Origin: Antedon mediterranea
Taxonomy: Eukaryota; Animalia; Echinodermata
DNA length: 64,000 bases
Direction of reading: 5' to 3'
NCBI RefSeq assembly: GCF_964355755.1
Contig: NC_092675.1
Coordinates: 5,141,812-5,205,811 of the forward strand
The position numbers were made by a program, and so were the translations under genes. This document shows, piece by piece, positions 62,015 to 64,000 of the stretch. Under the pieces are notes generated by a model. The model saw only the letters and a program-made list of their open reading frames with translations, did not search any database and had not been told where the DNA came from. The stretch's first letter is position 1. Each line of letters starts with the position of its first letter.

Positions 62015-62205
62015 ACAATCAGTGGATCTGGCTGTTTTACTTCTCGTTATAGATATATAAATCCAAAGGCAAATTACTGAAAAATGACAATGCTGTGGGT
62101 ATCAGTGGCTGGATCTCAATGGAGATACAAAATAAAAGCGAAGAGCTAAATCAAAACGAGAAGTAAGAGCTTTCGGGCAACACTAGCCCTTCATCAGTGC
62201 AAGTG
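62015..62205 (-). mobile_element. Penelope-type pLTR-like fragment with a hammerhead-like core
   Basis: Minus strand CTGATGAA-GGGC(TAGTGTT)GCCC-GAAAGCTC at 62197-62167, next to (TA)n. Shares blocks with 49029-49170, 36595-36660 and 37185-37250. Confidence 0.55.
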
Positions 62206-62841
62206 TATATATATAATTAATAACAACGATGGCATGCAAGTCTAAACATTTAAAATTAGAAAACCGATTAACAGAAAGCGAAGACTTGAAAAACATCTTT
62301 TTATTTATATGAAGATAGTAAATTGTTTGTGAGTTATGAAAACTTTGACAGTATAATGTCACAGCTCGCTCATCGCATGGCTTTTTTAAATTTGTGTAAC
62401 TGGTATAAAGATCACATTTCTTGTAAATCGATTGTTAAATATATTATTAATTAATTGTTTGGAATGAATTGCACTAATTAGTTTGAAAAAAAAAGAATGA
62501 TAGGCCAAATATATATATATGTATATGCTCAAATACAGTAGTGATATGACATCATAATCACATTTTTTTGTCACATAAAGTTTGATAGATTCGTTTTTTA
62601 TCAAATCAAACACCAATTTGTTTAATAGAGAGTGGCAAAATACCTACATAATTATACATTTATAAGAACGGCAATAGTTCTGTGTAGATGTTCCATTTTA
62701 TTCGTTCTAATTACTTAAAAACAGCGTGTTAGACATCCATGGAAAACAAAAACAAAATACCTGCACGCAAACGCCGCAACACCGCGGTTATTGATGTTGG
62801 TAAAATCGATAAATATTGAACGCTTATCTCAAGCCGAACAC

Positions 62842-63229
62842 TATAAATGAAGGCCATTGTTTGATTTTACAAAGACCCCCAATAAGAAACTGAATTCCTT
62901 GCATATAAAATCCCTTCTTTCCTCCCGTCCATTAACCTGCTTATTCCGTAGACGTCCTTATAGTTGATAACTTAGTCCTGTGAGTTTCATCAATTTTCGG
63001 CAACCTTTATTATAGAAACTTTTATTAATTTGATTTAGTATTATAAAAATTGTCTTGTACTGTAACAGTTGCAACATGTGCATTTCACCTTTGAGTTCTC
63101 TAGCGACATTCCAACTCTTGGATGTAAGGAATTGAATCACAATTTGAAATCATAAACAGTTGTTCGTAGAAAAGAAGAGTTAAAGAATACCAACAAATAA
63201 CTACTTTCAGATCAAGAAGATCCCAATTG
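62842..63229 (+). other. Possible promoter and two non-coding 5' exons of a gene continuing beyond the window
   Basis: CpG patch, TATAAA at 62842, donor GTGAGT at 62980, acceptor CTCTAG at 63103 and donor GTAAGT at 63230. All three frames are closed. Confidence 0.25.
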
Positions 63230-64000
63230 GTAAGTTTTAAAACCTTATATTTTAGTTTACATATTGTTAATATCAAGACAGTGCTTAACATGTATTGTAT
63301 ATCACTTTTTCAAAAATATATTCAGTGATACAATGATTCGTTATTTCGTAATTGTTGCTGTACATCAAACTAATGCATAAAAAGAATTGTTATTATTTTC
63401 TTTTTATTTCCAAAAATAAAAATTACTGGTTTACAACTCGTGGCCAAATGACCAAATTGCATATAAAAAAAGATGTCAACAAAACTTGCAATATTGCAAA
63501 AAAAGCAAATGTAAAAATCTTAAACATTAAGATACAAGCATAAAAACATAAAAAGTAAAAAAGAAAAGAGCAGTCGCAAGTAAGCAGGGAAGGTAATTGT
63601 GAATTTAATAATTTGTGTAGGACTGTTATTTTAATAGTACCAATTCTATAAATGGTATTTTATTTATTTATTTATTTAATAACACTCTTGTGTAATACAA
63701 GACCAGCCAATTCTGGCTTATGAGTGAATATATAGAATAACTATAGACACGGATAAAAAACATAAACAAAATATAACAAATTTAAACAGATTTAGGCACC
63801 AAATCTCTCTGTTTCTGAGTAGAAGGGAAAAAGAGGGAGAGAAAAAAAAATGTACAATATAAATAAATATGTTAAAAATTACTTGTTGAAAACAATGGAC
63901 TGCCGTAAGGATAGCAATTGATAGGCAAATTTAGCAACAGCAGAACAGTGGTTGCCATCACACATTAAACAATTGAATTTTTCTAGATTTGTTAGATCTG

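Overview
AT-rich, intron-containing animal genomic DNA. It is probably an echinoderm or other invertebrate deuterostome (inference from abundant TAGGCCTA motifs and the TE repertoire). Reading splice sites by hand gives five minus-strand genes: (1) an AP1AR/gadkin orthologue running off the left edge; (2,3) a tandem pair of unusually short ADAMTS2/3/14-like metalloproteases with intact HEIGHLxGxEHD sites but no Cys-rich or spacer domain, the downstream one also lacking the whole prodomain; (4,5) a tandem pair of single YWTD beta-propeller genes, one secreted (propeller + EGF, with a +1 homopolymer frameshift) and one a type-I membrane receptor (propeller + ~280-aa unassigned module + TM + Tyr-motif tail). 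Mobile DNA is dense: MULE-like, CACTA-like, IS3EU-like, P-like, hAT and Harbinger-like non-autonomous elements (several with clean TSDs), a Penelope element, two CR1/L2-group LINEs, HINE/DINE-like repeats and tRNA-derived repeats. There are also type I hammerhead ribozymes. All family assignments come from motif recognition only; no database searches were run.
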